Shown here: positions 46,000 through 54,837 of the stretch, in pieces
Layout of the letters: the number at the start of each line of letters is the position of its first letter
Position numbering within the stretch: position 1 is the stretch's first letter
DNA from: an uncultured Ruficoccus sp.
GTDB taxonomy: Bacteria; Verrucomicrobiota; Verrucomicrobiia; Opitutales; Cerasicoccaceae
Direction of reading: 5' to 3'
Assembly (NCBI GenBank): GCA_965140785.1
Contig: OZ223519.1
Coordinates: forward strand, 224,001 to 288,000
DNA length: 64,000 nucleotides
The notes under the pieces: generated by a model
Seen by the model: only the letters and a program-made list of their open reading frames with translations
Told to the model about the DNA's origin: nothing
The model's database searches: none
Translations under genes and position numbers: made by a program

Positions 46000-47595
46000 A
46001 TGGCGCTACCGGGAATGGAAATGCTACTGGGGGGGCTGCGCAGCGGACGCCGGCCCTTCGTATGCTCGTTTGGAATGGCTGGAGGCGGTGCCTCCAATGT
46101 CGGGCCGCAATGGCCGAGCCTGGACGAGCTGATCAAGGACCTGCCCGCGGTGAACTTCCGTGGCGAGGGCAAGACGCCCGTCCGGGCCCTGGTCACCGAC
46201 AGCCGCCGTGTCGCGCCCGGTTCGCTCTTTTTCGCCCTGGGCGGTCTGCGCACTGACGGTAATCTCTATATCGAGGAAGCTATCGATAGGGGCGCCGTGG
46301 GCATCGTGTCGGAGAGCCCGGCCGAGTCCATCCGCCAGGTGCCGTTCCTTCAGGTCAAGGACTGCCGCGTCGCCCTGGCCGAGGTGGCCCGTCGCTTTCA
46401 CAGCCGTCCTGACGACGAGCTGGATCTCTTTGCCATTACCGGCACCAACGGCAAGACCACCGTCTCCTTCCTCGCCCAGCACCTGCTCGCCGACGAGCCC
46501 GACACCGTGGGCCTGATCGGGACCGTGCACTACGACCTGGGCAAGCGCACGCTGCCCTCGTACAAGACGACCCCCGAGTCGCTCGATATTTACTCCATGC
46601 TTAACCAGATGGTGGGCGAGGGCTGCAAGCAGGCCGTGCTTGAGGTCAGCTCGCACGCGATCCAGCAGCAGCGGGTGGACGGGATGCGCTTCGGCGTGGC
46701 CGCATTCCTGAACCTGACGCAGGACCACATCGACTACCACCGCAACATGGAGGCGTACTTCGAGGCCAAGACCCGGCTCTTCACCGGAGCGCTGGGGAAC
46801 ACACCCGAAACCGCGCTGATCAACATCGACGACCCTTACGGTCGCCGTCTGGTGGGCATGATTCCGGAAGGGGTCAAGGTCATCACTTTTGGCGTCTGCG
46901 CCGATGCCGACCTGCGCGCCGAGCACATCAAGCTCGGGGCCGGGGGCAGCTCGTTCGACCTGGTTTGGCCGGAAGGCCGCGTGCGGGTCGAGACGCCGCT
47001 GCTGGGCCACTTCAACGTCGCCAACACCGTGGCGGCGATCGGCCTGGCCTACGCCACCGGTAAATCGCCCGCAGACCTGGTCGCGCGTATCGCCTCCTTC
47101 GGCGGCGTGCCCGGACGGATGGAAAAGGTCGAGGCGGGCCAGCCCTGCCAGGTGCTGGTGGACTACGCCCACACCGACGACGCCCTGCACAACGCTCTGA
47201 CCATGCTGCGCGAGATCACGCCCGGCCGGCTGCTGGTCGTCTTTGGCTGCGGCGGCGACCGTGACCGCACCAAGCGCCCGAAGATGACGCACGCGGTGCA
47301 GAATTTCGCCGACTACGCCTGGGCCACCGCCGACAATCCCCGCAAGGAGGACTTGAAGCAGATCTTCGACGATATGCGCGAAGGAGTGAGCGTGCCTGAG
47401 AAAATCGCCTTTGTGGAGGATCGCCGCCGCGCCATCAGCCTCGCGCTGGAGGAAGCGAAGCCCGGCGACTGCGTGCTGATCGCGGGCAAGGGCCACGAGA
47501 CGTATCAGGAGTTTTCCGACACGGTCGTGCCTTTCGACGACCGCCAGGTCGCCCGTGAACTGATCAAACTGAAAACCATCGAACCGGATGCCTGA
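46000..47595 (+). CDS. murE: UDP-MurNAc-dipeptide:meso-DAP ligase MurE
   Basis: GTNGKTT, EVSSH, DHIDYH, DYAHT, GCGGDRD, DNPR (DAP-type), GKGHE. Confidence 0.95.
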   Translation: MALPGMEMLLGGLRSGRRPFVCSFGMAGGGASNVGPQWPSLDELIKDLPAVNFRGEGKTPVRALVTDSRRVAPGSLFFALGGLRTDGNLYIEEAIDRGAVGIVSESPAESIRQVPFLQVKDCRVALAEVARRFHSRPDDELDLFAITGTNGKTTVSFLAQHLLADEPDTVGLIGTVHYDLGKRTLPSYKTTPESLDIYSMLNQMVGEGCKQAVLEVSSHAIQQQRVDGMRFGVAAFLNLTQDHIDYHRNMEAYFEAKTRLFTGALGNTPETALINIDDPYGRRLVGMIPEGVKVITFGVCADADLRAEHIKLGAGGSSFDLVWPEGRVRVETPLLGHFNVANTVAAIGLAYATGKSPADLVARIASFGGVPGRMEKVEAGQPCQVLVDYAHTDDALHNALTMLREITPGRLLVVFGCGGDRDRTKRPKMTHAVQNFADYAWATADNPRKEDLKQIFDDMREGVSVPEKIAFVEDRRRAISLALEEAKPGDCVLIAGKGHETYQEFSDTVVPFDDRQVARELIKLKTIEPDA

Positions 47596-48973
47596 CTTTA
47601 TGCCCGAAGAACTGGCACAGTGGACAGGCGGCTCTTGGGCCGAAGATCGCGCGCCGGCGCGTGTGACGGGCTTTACGCAGGATTCCCGCCGCGCCCACAC
47701 GGGCGATATGTTTGTCGCGCTGGAGACCCCGGCGCGCGATGGTCATGACTTTGTGCCCGCCGCTGCCGCGGCCGGGGCATCCTCCGCTCTGGTGCGCAGA
47801 CGGGTGGAGGAGGAGGTTCCGCAGCTCGTCGTGCCGGATACACTGGAGGCTTTTCAAAAAATCGCCGCCCGCCACCGTGAGGACTTCACCGGGCGGGTCA
47901 TCGGGGTGACCGGCAGTTGCGGCAAGACCTCGACCAAGGACCTGCTCGGGCTCCTGCTGGGCGAGCGGACGCTGCGCACGGAGGGCAACCTGAACAATTT
48001 TCTCGGTGTCCCGTTGACCCTGACCCGGCTGGACGCCGGGCAGCATGATTTCGCCGTGGTGGAGGCGGGGATCAACGAGCCGGGCGAAATGACGACCCTG
48101 GCCGCCATGATCGACCCGGATATCGCCATCATCACCTGCGTGGCCCCGGCCCACCTGGAGCGCCTCGGCACGGTCGAGCGCGTGGCCCACGAGAAGGCGC
48201 TGCTGGGCCGCTCTGCCGGGTGTGTGATCTTTCCCGGAGCCTGCCTGCGCTATACGCCCTTCCGCGATCTTGGGGCGCGTGCGCTGGTGGTGACGGAGGA
48301 CATGGCCCTGGCCCGGACTTTGCCTGACGAGCAGTGCGTGGTTAGCCGATTGGGCAATGTGGATGTGGGAAGCTGCCGGCTCGAACTAGAGTCGGCAGCG
48401 ATTCCCGCGTTCGCCTGCGAACTGCCTTTCCGCTCACCGGGCATGGTGAGCAATGCCGCCCTGGCCATCACCGCCGCGCTCCTGTGCGGGGTCGAGCCGG
48501 AGCAGGTCCGCGAGCGCCTGAGCCAGTGGCGCGCCTCGCCCAACCGGGGCGAATGGCTGCGGGCGGGCAAACAGGTCTTTCTGGTGGACAGCTACAACGC
48601 CAATCCGGCCTCCATGGCCGAGGCGATGGCGACCTTTGAGGCGACCGCGCCGGAGGGCCCGCGCCTGTATGTGCTCGGTGGCATGCGGGAACTCGGCGTG
48701 GACAGCTACCGTTACCACATGGAGACCGGAGCGCGGGTGCAACTGCGCGAGTACGACCGCGCCGTGCTGATCGGCAGCGAGGCCGACGGCTACCGTGACG
48801 GCCTGCTCAAGGCCGGTAACGACGCCGCGAAGGTTCGCGTCTTTGCCGACACGACGGCCGCCGCTGCTGCGGTGAAAGATTTCGGCGGGTCCATTCTGCT
48901 CAAGGGCAGCCGCGCCTATGCGCTGGAATCACTCCTGCCGACCGGGGTGAGGGGAGGCGCCGACCGATGCTGA
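47588..48973 (+). CDS. murF: UDP-MurNAc-tripeptide:D-Ala-D-Ala ligase MurF
   Basis: GSCGKTSTK, GNLNN, DSYNANP, ELG, KGSR. Confidence 0.95.
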   Translation: MPDFMPEELAQWTGGSWAEDRAPARVTGFTQDSRRAHTGDMFVALETPARDGHDFVPAAAAAGASSALVRRRVEEEVPQLVVPDTLEAFQKIAARHREDFTGRVIGVTGSCGKTSTKDLLGLLLGERTLRTEGNLNNFLGVPLTLTRLDAGQHDFAVVEAGINEPGEMTTLAAMIDPDIAIITCVAPAHLERLGTVERVAHEKALLGRSAGCVIFPGACLRYTPFRDLGARALVVTEDMALARTLPDEQCVVSRLGNVDVGSCRLELESAAIPAFACELPFRSPGMVSNAALAITAALLCGVEPEQVRERLSQWRASPNRGEWLRAGKQVFLVDSYNANPASMAEAMATFEATAPEGPRLYVLGGMRELGVDSYRYHMETGARVQLREYDRAVLIGSEADGYRDGLLKAGNDAAKVRVFADTTAAAAAVKDFGGSILLKGSRAYALESLLPTGVRGGADRC

Positions 48974-50067
48974 CCTATCTGGCTGAGTACAGCGACATCT
49001 TCGGACCCCTGCGGCTTTTTCGATTTCTGACTTTTCGAGCGGTGATGGGAGCTGGCACGGCTGTCGTGGTCGGCTTCGTCATCGCTCCGTGGCTGTTTGC
49101 CCGGTTGCGCCGCCTGAAGCTATCCCAGACCCTTCGTAACAAGGACGAGGTGGGTAAACTGGCCGACCTGCACGCCGGTAAAAAAGACACCCCGACCATG
49201 GGGGGGCTGATGATTTTCGCCGCCGTCTTCGTGGCCACACTCTTGTGGGCCGAGCCGAATCTCTACGTCATCGTCGTGATGATCGTTTATACCGGACTGA
49301 CCGGGCTGGGCTTTGCCGACGATTACCTGAAGGTGAGCAAGAAAAACTCCAAGGGGCTGGCCAGCCACTGGAAGCTGGCCGGGCAGGGCCTGCTCACGCT
49401 GCTTGCTCTCGGTTTGCTTTTGGGCAGCCCGGAGACACACCTGAAAATGTCGCAGTTGTGGGTGCCGTTTTTGAAGGAGCCGCTCATTCTGGCCATGCCG
49501 ATCTGGTTCGCCTTTGTCTTTTTCTTTCTCGTCATGGCCGGCTCCAGCAACGCCATCAACCTCACCGACGGGGTGGATGGGTTGGCCATCGGCTGCACGG
49601 TGACGGCCACGCTCGTTTACGGGCTCATGGCCTACGCGGCGGGCAACACCATCATCTCCGATTACCTGCTGATCAGCTATGTGCCCGGCGTGGGCGAACT
49701 GGCCGTGATCTGCAGCGCGCTGGTCGGGGCGAGTCTGACCTTCCTGTGGTACAACAGCCACCCGGCGACCGTCTTCATGGGCGATACCGGTTCGCTGGCG
49801 CTGGGAGGACTGATCGGTACCATCGCCTTTGTCATCCACCAGCCTTTTACGCTGGTCATTGTGGGTGGGATCTTCGTGGCCGAGGCTGCCTCGGTCATCC
49901 TCCAGGTCGGCTCGTACAAGCTCCGGGGCAAGCGCATCTTTCGCATGGCGCCGCTGCATCATCATTTCGAACTGCTGGGCTGGCACGAAAACAAAGTCGT
50001 GATACGTTTCTGGATCATCTCGTTGATGTGCGCCTTCGCTGGATTGGCCACGCTCAAGCTGCGCTAG
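48967..50067 (+). CDS. mraY: Phospho-N-acetylmuramoyl-pentapeptide transferase MraY
   Basis: TPTMGG, DDY, NLTDGVDGLA, FMGDTGS, MAPLHHHFE. Confidence 0.97.
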   Translation: MLTYLAEYSDIFGPLRLFRFLTFRAVMGAGTAVVVGFVIAPWLFARLRRLKLSQTLRNKDEVGKLADLHAGKKDTPTMGGLMIFAAVFVATLLWAEPNLYVIVVMIVYTGLTGLGFADDYLKVSKKNSKGLASHWKLAGQGLLTLLALGLLLGSPETHLKMSQLWVPFLKEPLILAMPIWFAFVFFFLVMAGSSNAINLTDGVDGLAIGCTVTATLVYGLMAYAAGNTIISDYLLISYVPGVGELAVICSALVGASLTFLWYNSHPATVFMGDTGSLALGGLIGTIAFVIHQPFTLVIVGGIFVAEAASVILQVGSYKLRGKRIFRMAPLHHHFELLGWHENKVVIRFWIISLMCAFAGLATLKLR

Positions 50068-50121
50068 CCCTCTTTCCCCCAACCAAGCACTACGCACAAA
50101 GCACCAACCACTCACTTTTCC

Positions 50122-51447
50122 ATGGAAATCCCCGAACTGCTCAAGCCCTTGCTGGACCGGCCCGTCGCGATATTTGGCGGCGGGGTCAGCGGGCGTGCCG
50201 CGGGTGACCTGTTGCGTTCGCAGGGCAGGTTGCACGAGGTGTACGACGAGCGGGGAGGGCAGTACGCGCACAGGGATTTCGGCGAGCGCGAGGCCGGTCG
50301 CCACCGGCTGGTCATTCACAGTCCGGGCTTTCCGCCGAGCCATCCGTGGTTCGCCGCCGCGCAGAAAGCCGGCTGCACCGTGCTGGGCGAACTGGACTTC
50401 GCCTCGCTTTTCTGGGGCGGGGGCACCGTCGCCGTGACCGGCACCAATGGCAAAACCACGGTGACGGAGTTTCTGGCCTACGCCTTCAAGCGCGCCGGGC
50501 AGAAGGCGGTGGCAGTGGGTAATGTCGGCTATCCGATGTCGCGGCTGTTCGAGTTGAGCAACCACGAGGGCGCAGTGGCGGTGTGTGAGGTCAGCTCTTT
50601 CCAGTCCGAGTGCCTAAAGCACTTCCGTCCGCAGTCGCTGATCTGGACGAATTTCGACGAGGACCACCTCGACCGCTACGCTTCGCCGCAGGAGTACTTC
50701 GATGCGAAGTGGCGGCTGGTTGAACAGTTGTCCCGGCCCAGCCTGGTGATGGGCGAATCGGTGGCGGTCTGGGCGGAGAAGCTCGGCAAGAAGCTGCCCT
50801 CTTATACACGCATCGTGCGCCGCAGTGATCCACTGGGCGACGCGCCCGCCAATTCACCTTTCCTGAGCTACCCGCAGCAGGAGAATTACCGCCTCGTGCG
50901 TGCCTTCTGGGAAAAAGAGAGCATGAGCATCCATACCCTGGAGTCGGCCGCCATCCAGTTTCGCCTGCCCCGGCACCGCCTGCAAAAGGTGGCCGAGTGG
51001 GGTGGCATCGCCTTCTGGAACGACTCCAAGGCCACTAATTTCTCGTCCGCCCTGGCCGCGTTGAAAACCTTCAAGGAGCCGGTCTTCTGGATCGGCGGCG
51101 GCAAATCCAAGGGCGGCGACATCGCGGCTTTCACCCGGGCCGTGGCCGCGCAGATTAAGGGGGCTGCCCTGATCGGGGAGACCGCCCCCGTCCTGGCGGA
51201 ACATTTACAGGCCGCCGGGGTCGGGTGCCGGGTGTGCAAGACCCTGCCCGAAGCCGTCCGTGAGGCCGTCGAGCGGATGGCCGGATCCGGCATAATTTTA
51301 CTCAGTCCGGGCTTTTCCAGCCTGGACATGTTCGAGAGCTACACCCAGCGAGGATTTGCTTTCGAGCAGGCTGTTTTGAGTTTGAAGAAACAGATGGCCA
51401 CTGATACGAACAGCGCATGCGCAAAAACTGGAGAAAAGTTGTCATGA
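50122..51447 (+). CDS. murD: UDP-MurNAc-L-Ala:D-Glu ligase MurD
   Basis: GTNGKTT, EVSSFQ, DHLDRY, NDSKATN, LSPG. Confidence 0.95.
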   Translation: MEIPELLKPLLDRPVAIFGGGVSGRAAGDLLRSQGRLHEVYDERGGQYAHRDFGEREAGRHRLVIHSPGFPPSHPWFAAAQKAGCTVLGELDFASLFWGGGTVAVTGTNGKTTVTEFLAYAFKRAGQKAVAVGNVGYPMSRLFELSNHEGAVAVCEVSSFQSECLKHFRPQSLIWTNFDEDHLDRYASPQEYFDAKWRLVEQLSRPSLVMGESVAVWAEKLGKKLPSYTRIVRRSDPLGDAPANSPFLSYPQQENYRLVRAFWEKESMSIHTLESAAIQFRLPRHRLQKVAEWGGIAFWNDSKATNFSSALAALKTFKEPVFWIGGGKSKGGDIAAFTRAVAAQIKGAALIGETAPVLAEHLQAAGVGCRVCKTLPEAVREAVERMAGSGIILLSPGFSSLDMFESYTQRGFAFEQAVLSLKKQMATDTNSACAKTGEKLS

Positions 51448-52547
51448 AAATCAGTCAGATATTCCTCTGTGTGATCGGTCTGCATTTGGCCGTCATCGTG
51501 TTCCTCTTTGCCACCCCTGGCTGCCAGAGTGGACCAGAGGCCGAGACCACCGGTTCCGAGGGGGTTGTTGGCCCGCCGAATGAAACCGTCGCCGCTGAAG
51601 CGGACGAAAACTATCGTCAACAGGAATACACCGTCGGAGGTGCGCCGGTTAAGTCGGAAGCGTCTTCCGATGTGAGCCGCCCACGCTACCCGCCGACCCG
51701 CCCGACCTGGAACCTCAACCAGGGCCAGCCCGCCGAAGTGATCGAAGGGACTGAGGTCACCGTGATCGAGCCCGTGAATCCCTCGAGCGACATCCCGACC
51801 TCAACCGAAACCTCCACTTACGTAGTCAAGAAGGGTGACAACCTGACTGTGATCGCCCGCCGCCACGACGTGACCCTCAGCGAACTGATGGCCGCTAACG
51901 GATTAACCAAGAAGTCCGTTCTCCAGGTCGGCCAGGTCCTGACCATTCCCGCGGCCAGCGCTGAATCCTACGAGCCGCCCGCAGGCGACCTTTCCGCCGG
52001 TGCCGCCACCTCGGTGGGCGAAGCGGGCAAGAACTACACCGTCAAGCCCGGCGATTCGCTCTCCGTGCTGGCTCGTCGCAATGGCACCACCGTGGGCGCG
52101 ATCAAGAGTGCCAACGGCCTGACCAGCAATACCATCTACGTGGGCCAGAAGCTGCTCATCCCCGCCGCCGGGACGAGCGTGCCGGTCTCTTCCCGCACGC
52201 AATCCCTGCCCGAAGGCACCTACCTGGTGCAAAAGGGTGACACCCTCGGGGCCATCGCCAAGCGTTACGACGTCAAGGTCTCCGAGTTGATGACGGCCAA
52301 CGGCATCTCCGACCCGCGCAGCCTGCGCGCCGGCCAGAAGCTCTACATCCCCGGCCAAGGTGGGACCCCGCCGCCGGCCTCGACGAGCAAGCCCAAGTCT
52401 TCTTCCCCGGCGCCGGTCCCGGCCCCGGTTCCCGCTCCGCAACCCTCACAGGCCCAGCAACCCCGGGTGATCGAGGAGTATGACGCGGACATCCTGTTGG
52501 AAAATCTCGACGACATTCCCGCCGCCGAGGTTCAGAGCACAAACTAG
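51444..52547 (+). CDS. Triple-LysM peptidoglycan-binding (lipo)protein
   Basis: Hydrophobic N-terminus ending TPGC; three LysM repeats (YVVKKGD, YTVKPGD, YLVQKGD); Pro-rich linkers. Confidence 0.9.
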   Translation: MKISQIFLCVIGLHLAVIVFLFATPGCQSGPEAETTGSEGVVGPPNETVAAEADENYRQQEYTVGGAPVKSEASSDVSRPRYPPTRPTWNLNQGQPAEVIEGTEVTVIEPVNPSSDIPTSTETSTYVVKKGDNLTVIARRHDVTLSELMAANGLTKKSVLQVGQVLTIPAASAESYEPPAGDLSAGAATSVGEAGKNYTVKPGDSLSVLARRNGTTVGAIKSANGLTSNTIYVGQKLLIPAAGTSVPVSSRTQSLPEGTYLVQKGDTLGAIAKRYDVKVSELMTANGISDPRSLRAGQKLYIPGQGGTPPPASTSKPKSSSPAPVPAPVPAPQPSQAQQPRVIEEYDADILLENLDDIPAAEVQSTN

Positions 52548-52639
52548 GCTGTTCATCCAGAATCCATTCCGCCCGAGAACAGCCGCTGAACATCCATTGA
52601 ATTATTCATCTGAAACCGCGAGCGAGTAACCTCCGTCTG

Positions 52640-53740
52640 GTGAGTGCCGGCAGTGTGCTGACACTCTGTGTGGCCGCGCTCACCTTCCTCGGGCTGGTGG
52701 TGCTCTCCAGCGCCGGCAAATCGCTCAGCTCCAATCCGTACTTCTACTTTCAGCGCCAGAGTCTCTGGCTGGCTCTGGCGCTGACGGCGGGACTTTTCAC
52801 CACCTTCCTCAACCTCGAAACGGTCCGCAAGGGCACGTGGATCTTCGTCGGGGCGGTCGTGCTGCTGCTGATCGCGGTCCTCATCCCCGGCATCGGGGTA
52901 AAGGTCAACGGCGCGAGCCGCTGGCTCGATCTGGGGATGATGCGCCTGCAGGTGTCCGACCTGGCCAAGCTCGCGCTGATCTTCGGGATGGCGCACTTCC
53001 TGGCGCAGAACCAGCGCCGGATCACGACCTTCTGGGTTGGCTTCATCCTGCCTTGCGTGGGGCTGGGCTTCATCTGCGGGCTGATCATGCTGGAGCCGGA
53101 CTTCGGCACCACGGCTCTGTGTGGCATCGTGGGTTTCTCCATGCTGTTTGTGGCCGGGGTGCGCATGCTTTACCTCATCCCGACTTGCCTGGCCGGGGTG
53201 GCACTCTTTGGGGTGGCCGTTTACCTCGACCCGATCCGCCTGCGCCGGGTGACGTCCTTTCTCGATGTGGAGGCGAACAAATCCGACAGCGCCTACCAGC
53301 TCTGGCAGGGCATCCTGGCCTTCGGGGCGGGGGGCGTGGACGGCGTCGGTCTGGGTAATGGCCGTCAGCAGCTTTCCTACCTGCCCGAGTCGCACACCGA
53401 CTTTGTCTTCCCGGTTATCGGGGAGGAGTTGGGCTTCATCACCACGGCCTCGGTCGTGGCTCTCTTCCTGACGGTCTTTCTGTGCGGGGTCTGGAGCCTG
53501 CGCCGCGCGCCGAATATGTACCAGTTTCTGCTGGTGTGCGGGGCGCTGTGGTTTCTCACTTTCCAGGCCCTGATCAACATGGGCGTCGTGACCGGCCTGC
53601 TTCCGACCAAGGGCATGTCGCTGCCCTTTATCAGCTACGGGGGCTCAAATCTCGTGGTCATGTTCATCCTGGTCGGGCTGATTTTGAACTGCTTCCGCAA
53701 CTGGCAAAAACCGGCCCTGCAGCGGCCCCGTCACCTATGA
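52640..53740 (+). CDS. ftsW: Peptidoglycan polymerase FtsW
   Basis: NGASRW, EPDFGT, GLGNGRQ..LPESHTDF, PTKGMSLPFISYGGS; start uncertain. Confidence 0.93.
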   Translation: MSAGSVLTLCVAALTFLGLVVLSSAGKSLSSNPYFYFQRQSLWLALALTAGLFTTFLNLETVRKGTWIFVGAVVLLLIAVLIPGIGVKVNGASRWLDLGMMRLQVSDLAKLALIFGMAHFLAQNQRRITTFWVGFILPCVGLGFICGLIMLEPDFGTTALCGIVGFSMLFVAGVRMLYLIPTCLAGVALFGVAVYLDPIRLRRVTSFLDVEANKSDSAYQLWQGILAFGAGGVDGVGLGNGRQQLSYLPESHTDFVFPVIGEELGFITTASVVALFLTVFLCGVWSLRRAPNMYQFLLVCGALWFLTFQALINMGVVTGLLPTKGMSLPFISYGGSNLVVMFILVGLILNCFRNWQKPALQRPRHL

Positions 53741-54837
53741 GCCTGTATCTGATTTCATGTGGAGGAACGGGCGGGCACCTGGCCCCGGGTATTGCGCTGG
53801 CCGAGGGGCTGAACGAGGCCGGGCATGGCTGCTGCCTCGTTATCAGTAACAAGGACGTGGACTCCCGGCTGGTTAAAAGCTACCCGGATCTCGACTATGA
53901 GCGTTCGCCGGGTTGTGGCATGTCGTGGAAGCCGCTCGGCTTCCTGCGCTTCCAGTTCCAGCAGATCCGGGCCTTTATTTTCGCCGTGCGCCTGATCCGC
54001 CGCCGCAAGCCCGCGGCCATCGTGGGTTTCGGGGGCTTTCTCAGTGTCGGAGTGGCTCTGGCGGGTTTTCTCCTGGGCTACCCGATCGTGCTGCACGAGG
54101 CCAACCGCCGCGCCGGCCGCGCCATCCGCATGCTCAGCGGGCTGGCCCAGCGCATTTACCTGCCCGAGGGCACGCAGTTGAAAAGCCTGCCACCGCAGAC
54201 CGTGCGCCACTCGGGCTACCCGGTGCGCAAGGAAATCCGTCGTCTGCCCCAGGACGTGGCCCGGCAGAAGCTCGGCATCCAGGTCTCCGGTAAGCTCCTG
54301 CTCGTCTTCGGCGGTAGCCAGGGAGCCGTCGCCCTGAACAAGTGGGTCAACGAGAACTTCGAGCGCCTGGCCAAAGAGAACATCAGCGTGTACTGCCTGA
54401 CCGGGCTGCGTCACGGCTCGCAGGGCACGGTCGAGCACAAGCTGGAGGACGGGCAGGTCGCCCGCTGCTACTTTGAGCCGTTCTGCGACCGCATGACCGA
54501 GGTTCTCTCGGCCGCCGACCTCGTCGTCTCCCGTGCCGGAGCGGGCAGCATCGCGGAGTTTATCCGCTGCCGTACGCCCTCCATTATCGTGCCTTTCCCC
54601 TATGCCGCGGACGACCACCAGCGCGCCAACGCCAGCTTCTTCGAGCAGCAGGGCGGCACCATCGTGGTCGAGCAGGAGAACCTCTCGCAACTGACCGACG
54701 AGGTCATCGACACCATTTTTAACGACTGGCTCCTGACCAAGATCCGCGACAACCTCGCCCGGCTCGACCGGCTCAATCCCATCGATTTGATGATCCGCGA
54801 TCTGGAAGGAATCGCCGCCCAGAACCAGCCCGCATGA
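53737..54837 (+). CDS. murG: Lipid II synthase MurG
   Basis: GGTGGH, HEAN, GYPVR, GGSQGA, RAGA, HQRANA. Confidence 0.95.
   Translation: MSLYLISCGGTGGHLAPGIALAEGLNEAGHGCCLVISNKDVDSRLVKSYPDLDYERSPGCGMSWKPLGFLRFQFQQIRAFIFAVRLIRRRKPAAIVGFGGFLSVGVALAGFLLGYPIVLHEANRRAGRAIRMLSGLAQRIYLPEGTQLKSLPPQTVRHSGYPVRKEIRRLPQDVARQKLGIQVSGKLLLVFGGSQGAVALNKWVNENFERLAKENISVYCLTGLRHGSQGTVEHKLEDGQVARCYFEPFCDRMTEVLSAADLVVSRAGAGSIAEFIRCRTPSIIVPFPYAADDHQRANASFFEQQGGTIVVEQENLSQLTDEVIDTIFNDWLLTKIRDNLARLDRLNPIDLMIRDLEGIAAQNQPA

Noticed and set aside
46024..47700. 558-aa minus-strand ORF (and similar ones at 49120-50565, 53755-55029, 54600-55805)
   Set aside because: Antisense shadows of dcw genes
52405..52445. Short tandem repeat (CCGGCGCCGGTC-like)
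   Set aside because: Encodes the PAPV linker of the LysM protein; not a CRISPR array or phase-variable tract
52601..52639. Possible non-canonical (ATT/CTG) start extending ftsW
   Set aside because: The frame is open for only 13 more codons; cannot be distinguished from the GTG start without data
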